The notes: generated by a model not told the origin, from the letters alone. Numbered from the stretch's first letter, positions 39,738 through 50,889 are shown. The stretch is 64,000 nt of DNA from Bacteroidales bacterium (GCA_007132995.1 SLNP01000023.1:618-64617), one strand, 5' to 3'. Made by a program: numbers and translations.

Positions 39738-41069
39738 TTACTCTTTTGTTTCCGGCCAGTACTTCTTCACAAGCTCTTCTTTCATTCCTACCTCCTCTTT
39801 GGCGAAGTTGTCGCTCAACAACTTCCACGCTGTATTGAGCATGGTGTCGGTATCGACATTCACATCTATGGCAAGTAGTTTATCGGAATACCCTTTGGCA
39901 AATGCGAGAGTCCTTTCATCATAGTCGGTAAGGTCAAAACCGTTTTCAAGCTTGGTTTTTGCATTTGCGGCATCTGCATATAGCCGTACAGAGGCATTCA
40001 TGACCTGTGAGTGATCCTCTCTTGTTTTCTTGCCGATTACAAGCTGCTTAAGCCTTGAAAGCGAACGGAACGGGTCAATAATTACTTTACCTATGTCGGT
40101 GTCACGACGCAAGAAGAGCTGCCCCTCGGTAATATATCCGGTGTTGTCGGGTATAGCGTGGGTAATGTCACCACCAGATATTGTGGTAACAGCAATAATA
40201 GTGATGGAACCGCCATCGGGGAACTGTACCGCCTTCTCGTATATCTTCGCAAGGTCACTGTAAAGTGAACCGGGCATACTGTCTTTTGATGGTATCTGAT
40301 CCATTCTGTTCGATACTATCGACAGGGCATCCGAGTAGAGGGTCATATCCGTAAGCAGCACCAATACCTTCTGCTTTTTCTCCACGGCGAAGTACTCGGC
40401 CGCTGAAAGAGCCATATCGGGTACCAGCAGTCTCTCTACGGGCGGATTCTCTGTGGTGTTGATGAAAGCGACAATTCGCTCCAGGGCGCCTGCGTTTTCG
40501 AAAACACTTTTAAAATAGAGATAGTCATCATTTGTAAGACCCATCCCCCCGAGAATGATCTTGTCTGCCTGTGCCCTCAGGGCAACCATCGCCATTATCT
40601 GGTTATAAGGCTGATCAGGGTCTGCAAAGAAAGGAATCTTCTGACCTGTAACAAGAGTGTTGTTAAGGTCTATACCGGCAATACCTGTTGCTATAAGCTC
40701 CGAAGGCTGTTTACGCCTTACAGGGTTTACAGACGGGCCACCGATCTCCCTCTCCTGCCCCATCAGTTCGGGACCTCCGTCAATCGGACGGCCGTAGGCG
40801 TTGAGGAACCTGCCACCAAGGTCGTCACCCACCTTAAGTGCAGGTGGCTTACCCATAAAAATAACCTCTGCGTCTGTAGGTATGCCCTCGGTTCCCGAGA
40901 ATATCTGCAGGGTAACCTCATTGCCTATTATTTTTACCACCTGTGCCAGTTTACCATTCACAATAGCCAGCTCTTCGTTGCCTATGCCATCAGCATTAAG
41001 AGAGCAGGTAGCCTTGGTAATCTTGGTAATTTTGGTAAATATTTTTTGAAAAGCTCTGGTCTCAGTCAT
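39738..41069 (-). CDS. ntpB: V/A-type ATPase subunit B
   Basis: GQKIPFF, LTDMT, PDNTGYITEGQ, SLSRLK. Confidence 0.96.
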   Translation of the reverse strand: MTETRAFQKIFTKITKITKATCSLNADGIGNEELAIVNGKLAQVVKIIGNEVTLQIFSGTEGIPTDAEVIFMGKPPALKVGDDLGGRFLNAYGRPIDGGPELMGQEREIGGPSVNPVRRKQPSELIATGIAGIDLNNTLVTGQKIPFFADPDQPYNQIMAMVALRAQADKIILGGMGLTNDDYLYFKSVFENAGALERIVAFINTTENPPVERLLVPDMALSAAEYFAVEKKQKVLVLLTDMTLYSDALSIVSNRMDQIPSKDSMPGSLYSDLAKIYEKAVQFPDGGSITIIAVTTISGGDITHAIPDNTGYITEGQLFLRRDTDIGKVIIDPFRSLSRLKQLVIGKKTREDHSQVMNASVRLYADAANAKTKLENGFDLTDYDERTLAFAKGYSDKLLAIDVNVDTDTMLNTAWKLLSDNFAKEEVGMKEELVKKYWPETKE

Positions 41070-41071
41070 CT

Positions 41072-42820
41072 CTATTTCTCTTTAAGTATCTCAATAAGCT
41101 CATTATGATATTTCTCGAAGTCGTCAGTCTCAAAGTCTGAGAAGTTCATCTGACGCATCACATTTATTACCTTCTTAAACCAGAAGGCCACCTCATCAAA
41201 GTTCTCAAACTCAAACTCCCTGTCGGTTATCTCCAGAACCTTGTAGAGCATAAACTTCTGTTTCTTCATCGGACAGAAACGGTCGGTTTCGTCAAGGGCG
41301 TCCTGCTGGCTTATGATGAAATCGACCAGCTCACCCTTCCAGAACACAATATGATAATCGATCGGAACACCGTCATCTCCCAGAATATTGATCTGCTCCT
41401 GCGCCTCTTTACTTCTGAGCAGGTAGTTCTTTGCCTCTACAACCTTATCGTGCCAGTCGGGAGCGATATTCTGTTTCATATACTCCCTTACCTCTTCGTA
41501 ATCTATATATTTTGAATAGCTGTCTGTAGGGTCTATTGCCGGATATCTCTTTGAATCGGATCTTTGCTGGGAGAGAGCATAGAAGCACCTTGCGGCCTTC
41601 TTTGTAGACTCTGTAACAGGTTCTTTAAGGTTACCACCAGCAGGTGATACAGTACCCAGAAATGTTATAGACCCGGTTTTGCCGTTTGGCAGTTCAACAT
41701 ATCCTGCCCTGGCGTAGAAGTTTGAGATAATTGCCGGAAGGTCCATCGGGAAGGCGTCGGGACCGGGAAGCTCCTCCATACGATTCGACATCTCTCTCAG
41801 GGCCTGTGCCCATCTGGATGTAGAGTCGGCAAGAAGAAGAATTTTGAGTCCCATTGACCTGTAATACTCTGCTATTGTCATTGCGGTGTAGACCGAAGCC
41901 TCCCTTGCCGCAACAGGCATGTTTGAGGTGTTTGCAATGATTGTTGTTCTCTCAATGAGCTTACGACCGGTTCTTGTATCTTCCAATTCGGGGAACTCCG
42001 AGAAGATCTCAACGACCTCGTTGGCCCTCTCTCCGCATGCGGCTATTACAACCATATCTGCTTCAGCCTGCTTTGATATCGCATGCTGAAGTACTGTCTT
42101 TCCGCATCCGAATGGTCCGGGAATAAAACCTGTACCTCCTTCAGCAAGGGGATTAAGGGTATCAAACATTCTCAGTCCGGTCTCGAGTATCTTGAAGGGC
42201 CTTGGCTTGTTGACATAAGCCTTTATAGGTATTTTAACCGGCCACTTCTGTATCATGGTTATATCATGGTCTCTTCCCTTATCGCATGTTACAACGGCTA
42301 TCTTGTCAGATGCAAGGTACTCACCCTCGTCAGCAAGCCATTTAACCTTGTAAGACTCTTCCATCTTGAACGGAACCATAATCTTGTGGGGCATCCAGTT
42401 CTCTGTTACCTCTCCAAGCCACGATCCGGCGGTTACTGTATCGTCAACCGCTGCAAGAGGCTTAAAGCTCCATTTTTTATCTTCTTCAAGGGGGTAGGTA
42501 TAATCGCCCTTACGAAGGAAGACACCCTCCATCTTATCGAGGTCATTCTGAAGACCGTCATAGTTGCGTGATAAAATACCGGGTCCGAGTGTTACCTCAA
42601 GCATACCTCCGGTAAATTCAACATCAGTACCAACCTTAATACCCCTGGTGCTCTCAAACACCTGTACAAAAGCTTGATTGCCCGATACCTTTATGATCTC
42701 TGCCATCAGGGGGGTGCCCTCATGGTTTATCATACAGATCTCATTCTGTGCAACCACTCCTTCGGTATTGACTATCACAAGGTTGGATATAATACCGTAA
42801 ACTTTTCCTTTTGTCTGCAT
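41072..42820 (-). CDS. ntpA: V/A-type ATPase subunit A
   Basis: GPFGCGKT, GERANE, NTSNMPVAAREAS, DSTSRWA. Confidence 0.97.
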   Translation of the reverse strand: MQTKGKVYGIISNLVIVNTEGVVAQNEICMINHEGTPLMAEIIKVSGNQAFVQVFESTRGIKVGTDVEFTGGMLEVTLGPGILSRNYDGLQNDLDKMEGVFLRKGDYTYPLEEDKKWSFKPLAAVDDTVTAGSWLGEVTENWMPHKIMVPFKMEESYKVKWLADEGEYLASDKIAVVTCDKGRDHDITMIQKWPVKIPIKAYVNKPRPFKILETGLRMFDTLNPLAEGGTGFIPGPFGCGKTVLQHAISKQAEADMVVIAACGERANEVVEIFSEFPELEDTRTGRKLIERTTIIANTSNMPVAAREASVYTAMTIAEYYRSMGLKILLLADSTSRWAQALREMSNRMEELPGPDAFPMDLPAIISNFYARAGYVELPNGKTGSITFLGTVSPAGGNLKEPVTESTKKAARCFYALSQQRSDSKRYPAIDPTDSYSKYIDYEEVREYMKQNIAPDWHDKVVEAKNYLLRSKEAQEQINILGDDGVPIDYHIVFWKGELVDFIISQQDALDETDRFCPMKKQKFMLYKVLEITDREFEFENFDEVAFWFKKVINVMRQMNFSDFETDDFEKYHNELIEILKEK

Positions 42821-42860
42821 ATTATCTGTTATTATCTATACTTACTCTTTCTTAAATTTA

Positions 42861-43706
42861 TTAGGCCTCCTCTTCAACCTTTACCTCTTTCAGCTCTGAT
42901 ACAAGTTTAAGAAGGACCTTTTCGCCCGTTTCACGATCCAGTTTACGCCACCTGTCAGCTATCAGAAGCTTGGTAGTATATCCCAGTATGTAGTCTATGG
43001 TGAAATACTCGAAAAAGATCAGATCATTAATGTACTCCCACCTGGTCATATCGCTTTTGAGCTCCCTCTCAATGAATGATGTTTCGGTAGCTATGGTGAA
43101 GAGTTCTGTTGCATAATCTGGTTCCGGAGGAACCCTGGTCTCCCCTTTCCTTCGTGATACGGCTCTTAGCTCATGGGCAAGGTCATTGCTGCCAACTATT
43201 TGGTCTGCAGCATCTACACCAAGCTCTTGTGAGTTTCTGAGGGCAAATATGTTATTGAAATTAAGCTGGTACTCATACCATCTTCTCAGGAACCTGTTTT
43301 TTGAGTTAATCACCATCTCATAATACCCTTCGGTAAGCATCTTCTCGGCAACTACAGGATCTATCTCCTTTTCATCATCAAGCCACTTTACAATGACTTT
43401 GACCATATATTCAGGCAGATTATCCTTGACAGGCACTATCGAGTTTAATCGCGACACCTGCTCATCGAAATCTTCAACAGAGTAGTTACCAAGGCTTTCG
43501 TACTCATTCTCTTCTCCCGTCAGATAAGCTATAAGGTTGTTGTTGTCATAGGGAAGAAAGAGCATCTCTGCCAGTTTGTGATCTTTGGGGTGCAGAGCTG
43601 TTTTCAGCTCTTCCCTGAACTGTTCGGGTGAGACAAGGTTTTTCTTCTCATCGAAAGTAAGATCATACAGCCCGGCGACAAAGCAGTGGTAGTATCTTTT
43701 AAACAT
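42861..43706 (-). CDS. DUF2764 family protein (V-ATPase subunit C-like)
   Basis: Lies between subunits E and A; YYHCFVAGL...FTIDYILGY pattern. Confidence 0.8.
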   Translation of the reverse strand: MFKRYYHCFVAGLYDLTFDEKKNLVSPEQFREELKTALHPKDHKLAEMLFLPYDNNNLIAYLTGEENEYESLGNYSVEDFDEQVSRLNSIVPVKDNLPEYMVKVIVKWLDDEKEIDPVVAEKMLTEGYYEMVINSKNRFLRRWYEYQLNFNNIFALRNSQELGVDAADQIVGSNDLAHELRAVSRRKGETRVPPEPDYATELFTIATETSFIERELKSDMTRWEYINDLIFFEYFTIDYILGYTTKLLIADRWRKLDRETGEKVLLKLVSELKEVKVEEEA

Positions 43707-43710
43707 ATTA

Positions 43711-44328
43711 TCAGCCCTCTTCAAATAGTATTTCTATCAGCTTGGGTCTTATGAACTCCCTGAGGTATGACTCTATATCGCCTCCTGTAACACTTATCTT
43801 GAATCCTCCCTCTGGCGATACCAATTCGAATCCGGTATCTATTCTGGAAACGGGCTTTATAATCAGTGATGAGCCAAGTTCCTTCTGAAGCGACTTCTTC
43901 AGTTTTTTCTCAATATCATCGCTCTTCCCGTCGGGAAGAAGCACCTCCATAGGGGCACCGGCGGTAGTATCCGGCTTCCAGTTACTGTAAAGAGTCTCTA
44001 TCAGACCGGCAACAAAGTCGCTGTTATTGAGGGCATCATTTACCGGTTCGGAAATTATTGCAGAAGAGAGTCTCTTCTCAAGCTCCTGCTTAAATGTGTT
44101 GGCGGCATGTCTGAATGATATCTTCAGCTCAGACCTGCCATTATTAATAAGTTCATCGGCCTTTCTGTTTGCCTCCTCAACAATTTCACCGGCCCTCTCT
44201 TCTGCCTCCTTTAATATCTTCTCAGATTCCTTTCTGGCCTCTGAAATGATCGCTTCGGCCTCTTTGTTAGCCTTCGAGATGCCTTCCTGATATATCTTAT
44301 CAGTAAGCTCCTGTAGTCTGTTCTCCAT
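43711..44328 (-). CDS. ntpE: V/A-type ATPase subunit E
   Basis: LQELTDKIYQEG coiled coil; FIRPKL; first gene of the operon. Confidence 0.9.
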   Translation of the reverse strand: MENRLQELTDKIYQEGISKANKEAEAIISEARKESEKILKEAEERAGEIVEEANRKADELINNGRSELKISFRHAANTFKQELEKRLSSAIISEPVNDALNNSDFVAGLIETLYSNWKPDTTAGAPMEVLLPDGKSDDIEKKLKKSLQKELGSSLIIKPVSRIDTGFELVSPEGGFKISVTGGDIESYLREFIRPKLIEILFEEG

Positions 44329-44405
44329 TGTCAAAATAGATTTTGTTATATTATTACTATGTTACTTTTTTACAAATTTATAGTACACTACCCTCTTCCC
44401 TGATC

Positions 44406-45281
44406 TTAAACATCAAAGAGGCTGCCCACTCTTGGCACAACATTAATTACCGGTGTAACCGAGTGGTGTATTATATCCTTGGCAAAGGGGCCTATATATT
44501 CACCAAACATCATCATCTTCTCTCCTGTCATTATCATTATCATATCAGGGTTAATCTGAGCAGCGCTCTTCAGGAATATATCCGCCTGTTTGCCTTTGGT
44601 CTCCGTTATCAGCAGGACCTCGCAGCTGACACCCTCGTTCTTGAGCTGCTCTTCCATGGCAATAGCCTTCCTGTAGGCGAGGCTTCTCCTCTTGTCGATA
44701 TTGATGTCGAGAACCGATATTATGGTTATTTTGGCCTTAAATGCTTTGGCTATAAATATGGCCCACCTCATTTTTGTATCGGTCTTCTTTGAGATGTCAA
44801 CAGGTATTACGATGTTGTTGACATTCTCTGCGGTTGAGTCATTATTTATGGTAAGTATCGGGCAGAAGGCACGACCTATCAGTTTTTCGGCGTTGTGTCT
44901 TCTGAAAGCTGCAAACTTTCCGATAAGCCTTTTGCTTTTCTTAATTATAATAAGCTGCGAGGCAAACTCCTTTGAGGCCTCTATAATGTTATTGATGAGT
45001 CCGCCACACCTTACATCGGTCGAAATATAGTCTGGTATCTCGCCATCAAAGATATTGAGCAAAAACTCTTCCAGTCTCCCTTTTGCTCTTGCTATGGCAG
45101 ATTCGGTTGCATCACTTCCTCTGAGTAACCGTGCAAATCTGCTCCTGCCGGGTATTATAGTCATAACAATAATACGCGAGCCAAAAACAGAGTGGAACTT
45201 CACTGCCTGATCAACGGCAATCTCACCCTCTCTGGTAAGGGCGACCGGAACCAATATTTTTTCAATCCTCTTTAATTTCAT
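44406..45281 (-). CDS. Tandem universal stress protein
   Basis: Two USP domains (KILVPV...CPILTI; NIVIPVD...TPVINV). Confidence 0.88.
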   Translation of the reverse strand: MKLKRIEKILVPVALTREGEIAVDQAVKFHSVFGSRIIVMTIIPGRSRFARLLRGSDATESAIARAKGRLEEFLLNIFDGEIPDYISTDVRCGGLINNIIEASKEFASQLIIIKKSKRLIGKFAAFRRHNAEKLIGRAFCPILTINNDSTAENVNNIVIPVDISKKTDTKMRWAIFIAKAFKAKITIISVLDINIDKRRSLAYRKAIAMEEQLKNEGVSCEVLLITETKGKQADIFLKSAAQINPDMIMIMTGEKMMMFGEYIGPFAKDIIHHSVTPVINVVPRVGSLFDV

Positions 45282-45408
45282 AGGTCTGGCTGTTAAAGTT
45301 GCAATAGACAGACAATATCAGAATTAATAACTCTACAGTCAATACCGAACCAAACTTTACAGAACGATATCTCTTTCTGATTGGGTAACCGATTACCAAT
45401 TGTGGTTA

Positions 45409-46845
45409 TCAGGCAATAACTCTTCGGTCAGGTTTAAAGCGCACCCATCCGTTGGCCCACGAGAGAAGGAAGAACAGAATCATTATCCCTCCCGCAGAAA
45501 ATATTGAGCCCCACGCTCCAAGGCTAACTATAATAAAGGGAGCCGTGGCGGTAAGAAACCCTCCGCCGAAAAAGGGCTCATAAAGCATCTGCTTGAAGCC
45601 AAACGCCTGCGCGGTATCTGTTTTATACTCCGGATCAACAAGCCGTAAAAGAAGCAGTCCAACGGCCGTCACACCTGTCTGCATGCCATATTCTGTTATA
45701 CCCTTTTCGAACCAGTTCACAGGCAGCATTCTTGGTGCAAGAAAGACAAGACAGATATATATCCATGCCACACCGAACACCATAAGTATCAGGAATGGCC
45801 AGAGATTTTCAAAAAAGAGATCGAGCCTCAGTGTTGATATGGCAGCTACTACGAGAAAGTCGAGTGATACACCCAGTATTCTGTCAAAGCTTTTTTTGTC
45901 ATAGTATTGGTCTACCTTAATAACCTTCGATATAAGCTGTACCACCATTCCACCCATCATAGCGAGTGGGAAGAGAGGAAAGCCCTCAAGGGCAGGGTGC
46001 AGGTTTTTAACACCGGCAAATGGGAACATAAGCACCTTTACTATACCGGGTTTGCCCTCGAAAAAGGAGTGCATTGGCCCTATACCGTTAAGAAAGAGCC
46101 ATCCTACAAGCACAGATATACCAACAATTGCAAAATGGAAGGCAAGTGGTTCAATCGACTCTCCTGCCACCGTTGAGGTAGATATGGTCTGTCTGTCTGA
46201 CTCATTCTTTATAAGGCCGCTCTTTTTAAACTCAGGTATCCCCTTTGAGGCATCAATATTTCTTGAGTAGCCCTTCCTTATGGCTACATTAATATATATA
46301 ATGCCACCGACAACCGCCACAATTATTCCGACAGTTGCTGACATGTACGCCAGCGCAGCCCCCTCGGGGAAGCCTATACCTGCAAAAACTTCCTCCATAC
46401 CGGCTGCAGTACCGTGCCCTCCTGCAAATCCGATTTCCAGAATAGTACCGAAAGCCGGGTGTACATTAAAGAGTGGAATAAGAAGCAGGGCCGTTACCAG
46501 CATGGCTATGAAATATTGCCCTGACCCTATAATCATTCCGTAGCATAGTTGGCTGCCTCCGGTACGCCACAATGTTCTGACACCCGGAATAAACACACCC
46601 AGAAACAGCGTGGCAAAGACGATATTGATAAGTATGCCCGGCAACTGACGCCATGAGATAAGAAGTGTTTCGGGAATAATGTCAAAAACAAAGGGTCCGG
46701 CCGTCAGGCCAATAAATCCTCCGATTATGGAGGCTGGCAGAAATATTGTCTGAAACAATTTGAGTTTCGCCCTCAGTATCTTTCCGGCTATCAGAAAGAG
46801 GCAGAGTATGCAGATGCTGAAGAATACAGAGATAAGACCTTCCAT
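45409..46845 (-). CDS. gltS: Sodium/glutamate symporter family protein
   Basis: FLPASIIGG, GFAGGHGTAAG, YGMQTGVTAVG. Confidence 0.85.
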   Translation of the reverse strand: MEGLISVFFSICILCLFLIAGKILRAKLKLFQTIFLPASIIGGFIGLTAGPFVFDIIPETLLISWRQLPGILINIVFATLFLGVFIPGVRTLWRTGGSQLCYGMIIGSGQYFIAMLVTALLLIPLFNVHPAFGTILEIGFAGGHGTAAGMEEVFAGIGFPEGAALAYMSATVGIIVAVVGGIIYINVAIRKGYSRNIDASKGIPEFKKSGLIKNESDRQTISTSTVAGESIEPLAFHFAIVGISVLVGWLFLNGIGPMHSFFEGKPGIVKVLMFPFAGVKNLHPALEGFPLFPLAMMGGMVVQLISKVIKVDQYYDKKSFDRILGVSLDFLVVAAISTLRLDLFFENLWPFLILMVFGVAWIYICLVFLAPRMLPVNWFEKGITEYGMQTGVTAVGLLLLRLVDPEYKTDTAQAFGFKQMLYEPFFGGGFLTATAPFIIVSLGAWGSIFSAGGIMILFFLLSWANGWVRFKPDRRVIA

Positions 46846-47084
46846 TTGCCCCGTTTATCCTTAAATTTCAAAAGGTCGCAATATAGTCAAAGCCCGCCAA
46901 TTTTTTTTATAGCAAAAGTCATGAAATCTCGACGATTAACAATTTTTATTCCAGAAACTACTCCTTCTCTACTGCTGCTCTTTAATTTGGCGTACTCTGT
47001 TTTGAGGTATTTGAGTACCTTTGGCACTTTTTGTTACCATAGCCCACCAGCGGGCCTGGTATTGATAATATTATCTGTTGGGAG

Positions 47085-47987
47085 ATGGATTTTCTGCATA
47101 GCTATACCGGTGAAATAGCAGCCCTGATGACAGCCGTTTTCTGGACGGTAACAGCCTTTGCCTTTGAGTCTGCAAGCATAAAGGTTGGCTCCATGTATGT
47201 CAATGTTATAAGGCTCTTTATTGGTCTTTCACTACTTACACTCTTTAACCTGTTAACAAGAGGATCGCTCTTCCCTTTTGTAATAGAGGGCAATAACTGG
47301 CTTTGGCTGGTTCTGTCAGGTTTTATCGGATTTATTTTTGGCGACTTCTTCCTTTTTCAGTCATACAGACTTATAGGCTCACGCTTTGCTATGCTGATAA
47401 TGACTCTGGTTCCACCGATAACAGCCCTTACCGGTTGGTTTATTCTCGGAGAGCGGCTTACATTGCTTAACTATACCGGTATGTCCCTCACATTCACAGG
47501 CATTGCTATTGCTATTTTTAACCGGCGCAACGGGGTTGACAAGCTGATGCTTAAACTCTCTCCAAAAGGTATTATGTTCGCCTTTTTCGGTGCCGCCGGA
47601 CAGGCAGTAGGTCTGGTTCTCAGCAAGCTGGGCATGGGCGAGTCAGACCCCTTCGCCGCTACACAGTTGCGGCTGGTGGCAGGATTTTCCGGTTCATTGA
47701 TTATAGTGCTGCTGCTGAGGCAGTGGAACGGCGTCAGGGCAGCAATGAGAAACAGAGATGGTATCAGGGCTATTTTTGTCGGCTCATTTTTCGGTCCCTT
47801 CCTTGGTGTCTCCTTCTCTCTGGTGGCTGTCAGGTACACCGCGACAGGCATTGCCTCGACATTGATGGCACTGGTTCCCATACTGATAATACCTCCTGCC
47901 ATAATACTCTACAGGCAGAGGGTTACGGCCATGGAGGTTGCCGGCGCAGTAATAAGTGTTGCGGGGGCAGCTCTCTTCTTTATATAG
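47085..47987 (+). CDS. EamA/DMT family transporter
   Basis: About ten TM helices in two EamA repeats. Confidence 0.9.
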   Translation: MDFLHSYTGEIAALMTAVFWTVTAFAFESASIKVGSMYVNVIRLFIGLSLLTLFNLLTRGSLFPFVIEGNNWLWLVLSGFIGFIFGDFFLFQSYRLIGSRFAMLIMTLVPPITALTGWFILGERLTLLNYTGMSLTFTGIAIAIFNRRNGVDKLMLKLSPKGIMFAFFGAAGQAVGLVLSKLGMGESDPFAATQLRLVAGFSGSLIIVLLLRQWNGVRAAMRNRDGIRAIFVGSFFGPFLGVSFSLVAVRYTATGIASTLMALVPILIIPPAIILYRQRVTAMEVAGAVISVAGAALFFI

Positions 47988-48154
47988 GAATATTTAACCG
48001 GTTCACCTGCCAGTTTAATTGGCTTGCATGGCGAGCCATCTGTTAAAGCCAGACTCAGGGGGCCCGCCGGACAAGCCGTTAAAGGTTAAGAGCCCATTAA
48101 AGAGTGAGGGAACAATGAAACATATCTCCGGGTCATCCCATACAGGAGGTCTTT

Positions 48155-49645
48155 CTATCTGTCGTCCTCCTCTCCTCTCAGCCATTGGGGCAGTACCTCT
48201 TCCAGAAAGACCTTCTTCTCAGCCTCCTTCCTCTCCATATCGAGACCTATGTAGCTTTGAGCCTTCGCCTTGGTTGAGATATCGGGCAGGGGCACCTCTC
48301 CGATATATCCGTACGATGCCAGAACCCTGGCAAGTTTAATCCTTGCCTCCTGTGCTATACCTATACCAAGCGAAATAATTCTTCCTGTCTCTACAGGAGA
48401 GTGAAATGAATTACCATGTCCGGCTGCTGCGAAATCCCATCTCCACTGTGCGCTCCTGATATCATAGAGTATCTCCTCCATCTCCTCTTCGGTGGCACCA
48501 AGTTCCCACGCCTTTTGGGCCTCAATATGTGCACGCACCAGATTATCCTCAAGCACCTTTCTGCTTTCATGTATCTTGTCCTGGCGGGAATAGACATCCT
48601 TCAGAAGTCTTTCGGTATCCTCCCTGTGGCAAACCTGGCATGAGTTAGTGATGTTGTTAAGGGGGCTCTGCATATGGTGATCGGTAAACTTCAACCCCCC
48701 CTCGCTTATAAACGGCATGTGGCAATCTGCACAGGACACCCCTCTTGCGGCATGTGTTCCTGTCAGGTATATTTCGTAATCAGGGTGTTGCGCCTTCAGC
48801 AGGGGGGCACGGGAAAGGCCGTGGGTCCAGTCTGAAAACTCCATGCTGTCAAAGTAGTATTCAATATCTTCAACAGAGAGGCCATCTCTCCACGGTAATA
48901 CAAGATATTGAACACCCTCTTCAATCTGATCATTAAAATAGTATTCAACATGGCACTGGGCACACACCAGACTTCTCATCTCCTGATGGGTTGCCCTTGT
49001 AATATCTTTGCCCATCGATTCAAATGCCTCTACAAGGGCCGGCCTGGTTATTGTAAGGTTCATTGTTCTTGAGTCATGGCAGTCAACACACCCCATCGGG
49101 TTAACCACCCTGGAGCCTTTAGTGTCCCATGTGCCCCTGTAGAATTCCGCTATTCCTATCTCATTCATCAGTCCTGGCACATCTGAACTTTTGCATGTCC
49201 AGCAGGTGTTAGGCAGGGGGCTTGGTTTACCGGGTCCGGGGGAACCGGGCCTGAGCGAATTATAGAGATCTTCCATGGCGTAGTAGTGTCCTCTGCCCTG
49301 CCGGTAATCAATTGAAAAAGGGTATCCTGCCCACAGAATAACGAAAGCCGGATACTCCTCAAGCATATCTACCAGGACGCTGCCTCCATGTCTGCTTCTG
49401 AAGTCTGTCTGTGATGTTCTCAGATACGATTCGTACTGCCGGGGGAAATATTCGCCCCATACCGCGTTATCCGGTTCAAACTGGGGGAAAGTGAGTTGCG
49501 GAGTGTAGGCAAATATCGCTTCTGCCCTTCTCTCAACAACAGAAGAGGCAAGAAGCCCCAGCATGAACACGATAACCGCCGTGCCAATAAAGAGCACCCA
49601 GCCAAGCCAGGGTCTCTCTTTGATAATTTCGTGTATGGGTCTCAT
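48155..49645 (-). CDS. nrfA: Cytochrome c nitrite reductase (ammonia-forming)
   Basis: CWTCK Lys-ligated haem plus four CxxCH; EYYF and KAQHPDYE. Confidence 0.97.
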   Translation of the reverse strand: MRPIHEIIKERPWLGWVLFIGTAVIVFMLGLLASSVVERRAEAIFAYTPQLTFPQFEPDNAVWGEYFPRQYESYLRTSQTDFRSRHGGSVLVDMLEEYPAFVILWAGYPFSIDYRQGRGHYYAMEDLYNSLRPGSPGPGKPSPLPNTCWTCKSSDVPGLMNEIGIAEFYRGTWDTKGSRVVNPMGCVDCHDSRTMNLTITRPALVEAFESMGKDITRATHQEMRSLVCAQCHVEYYFNDQIEEGVQYLVLPWRDGLSVEDIEYYFDSMEFSDWTHGLSRAPLLKAQHPDYEIYLTGTHAARGVSCADCHMPFISEGGLKFTDHHMQSPLNNITNSCQVCHREDTERLLKDVYSRQDKIHESRKVLEDNLVRAHIEAQKAWELGATEEEMEEILYDIRSAQWRWDFAAAGHGNSFHSPVETGRIISLGIGIAQEARIKLARVLASYGYIGEVPLPDISTKAKAQSYIGLDMERKEAEKKVFLEEVLPQWLRGEEDDR

Positions 49646-49722
49646 AAAACAGTTTTTTAAACAAGAAAAGGGGCTCTATATCAGTTCTATACATTACATT
49701 AATAATCAGGCACATGGCGAAG

Positions 49723-50319
49723 TTACCTCTGCTCACCACCTTGCCCACCCATCAGCTCCCTCAGCCAGTCGGGAGTTACGGGGCCCGGCACCGGAACCCT
49801 CGCCCAGGGAACGCTTGAGAGACTGTTAACGCTTCCGTGGGGAGTCTCCCTGTGGCACTCCCAGCATTTGCGATCCATTCTGAATGCGTGTGTTTCGGTG
49901 TTATATCCTTTCAGCCTGCTGTCTGTCATAATTTCACTGTGACACCTTATGCAGTTCTGGTGTACCACCCTGCTGCCGGCATCTTTAATGAATATCACCT
50001 GAGGCTCAAGTCTCAGGGTAAACATTACAGAGTGTCGCAGCCCGTCCATTGCTTTGAAATAATATTTCCTGATAAAATTGTCCTGCGGAATGTGGCAATC
50101 ATTGCAGGTTGCAACCTCTCTGTGTGAGCTATGGTACCAGGTGGCATACTGTGGTGCCATAATGTGGCAGTTAACACATGTTTCGGGTCTGTCACCAAGA
50201 TATGAGGTAGCTTTTGAAACATGAAAAAGGTAGAGTGCCAAACCTGTAAACACGGCCAACAGAGCCATTACCGGAAATTTCCACCTGTCGGGTGGTATCA
50301 ACAACTTAATCAGTCGCAT
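49723..50319 (-). CDS. nrfH: Cytochrome c nitrite reductase small subunit (NapC/NirT family)
   Basis: N-terminal TM plus four CxxCH; upstream of nrfA. Confidence 0.96.
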   Translation of the reverse strand: MRLIKLLIPPDRWKFPVMALLAVFTGLALYLFHVSKATSYLGDRPETCVNCHIMAPQYATWYHSSHREVATCNDCHIPQDNFIRKYYFKAMDGLRHSVMFTLRLEPQVIFIKDAGSRVVHQNCIRCHSEIMTDSRLKGYNTETHAFRMDRKCWECHRETPHGSVNSLSSVPWARVPVPGPVTPDWLRELMGGQGGEQR

Positions 50320-50514
50320 TCGGTATAGAGATTAATCATATGCAATATATGACCATTTGACGGAAACATCAACCCTGTTGTGATTATTATTATCTCGCGG
50401 GTTAGATAGTGTTTAGCCAATAAAATCTACCGCCATTAGATGTCAAAATAGTGATTTTGTTTGTACAAATTGTCTATATGTGCTACTTTTACTATCTCAA
50501 GAGTTGTGTAGCCC

Positions 50515-50889
50515 ATGGAAGAGAGAACTATCCTTATTGCCGAAGATGACAACTTCAACTACCTCCTTATTAAATACATACTCGAGAAGAGAGGTTTTAA
50601 AACCGTTCATGCTGAGAACGGAATGGAGGCTCTGGAGATATACAGATCGCCGGAGAGACCCGATCTGATTGTGATGGATATTAAGATGCCTGTTATGTCA
50701 GGACTGGAAGCCACCACAGAGGTAAGGAAGAGTGATAGCGATATACCAATTATTGCCCTTACTGCTTATGCCCTTCCCGGCGACAGGGAGATGTGCCTCG
50801 ATGCAGGATGCTCCGACTATATCGCCAAGCCTATCGACAAAGATGACTTTTTAAACAGGGTTGAACGGCTCCTCTCTGACAGGTCATGA
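50515..50889 (+). CDS. Stand-alone response regulator receiver
   Basis: AEDD, MDIKMP, ALTA, AKP. Confidence 0.92.
   Translation: MEERTILIAEDDNFNYLLIKYILEKRGFKTVHAENGMEALEIYRSPERPDLIVMDIKMPVMSGLEATTEVRKSDSDIPIIALTAYALPGDREMCLDAGCSDYIAKPIDKDDFLNRVERLLSDRS

Noticed and set aside
50357..50372. FNR box upstream of nrfH (TTGAC-N6-ATCAA)
   Set aside because: Spacer is 6 bp rather than 4 bp
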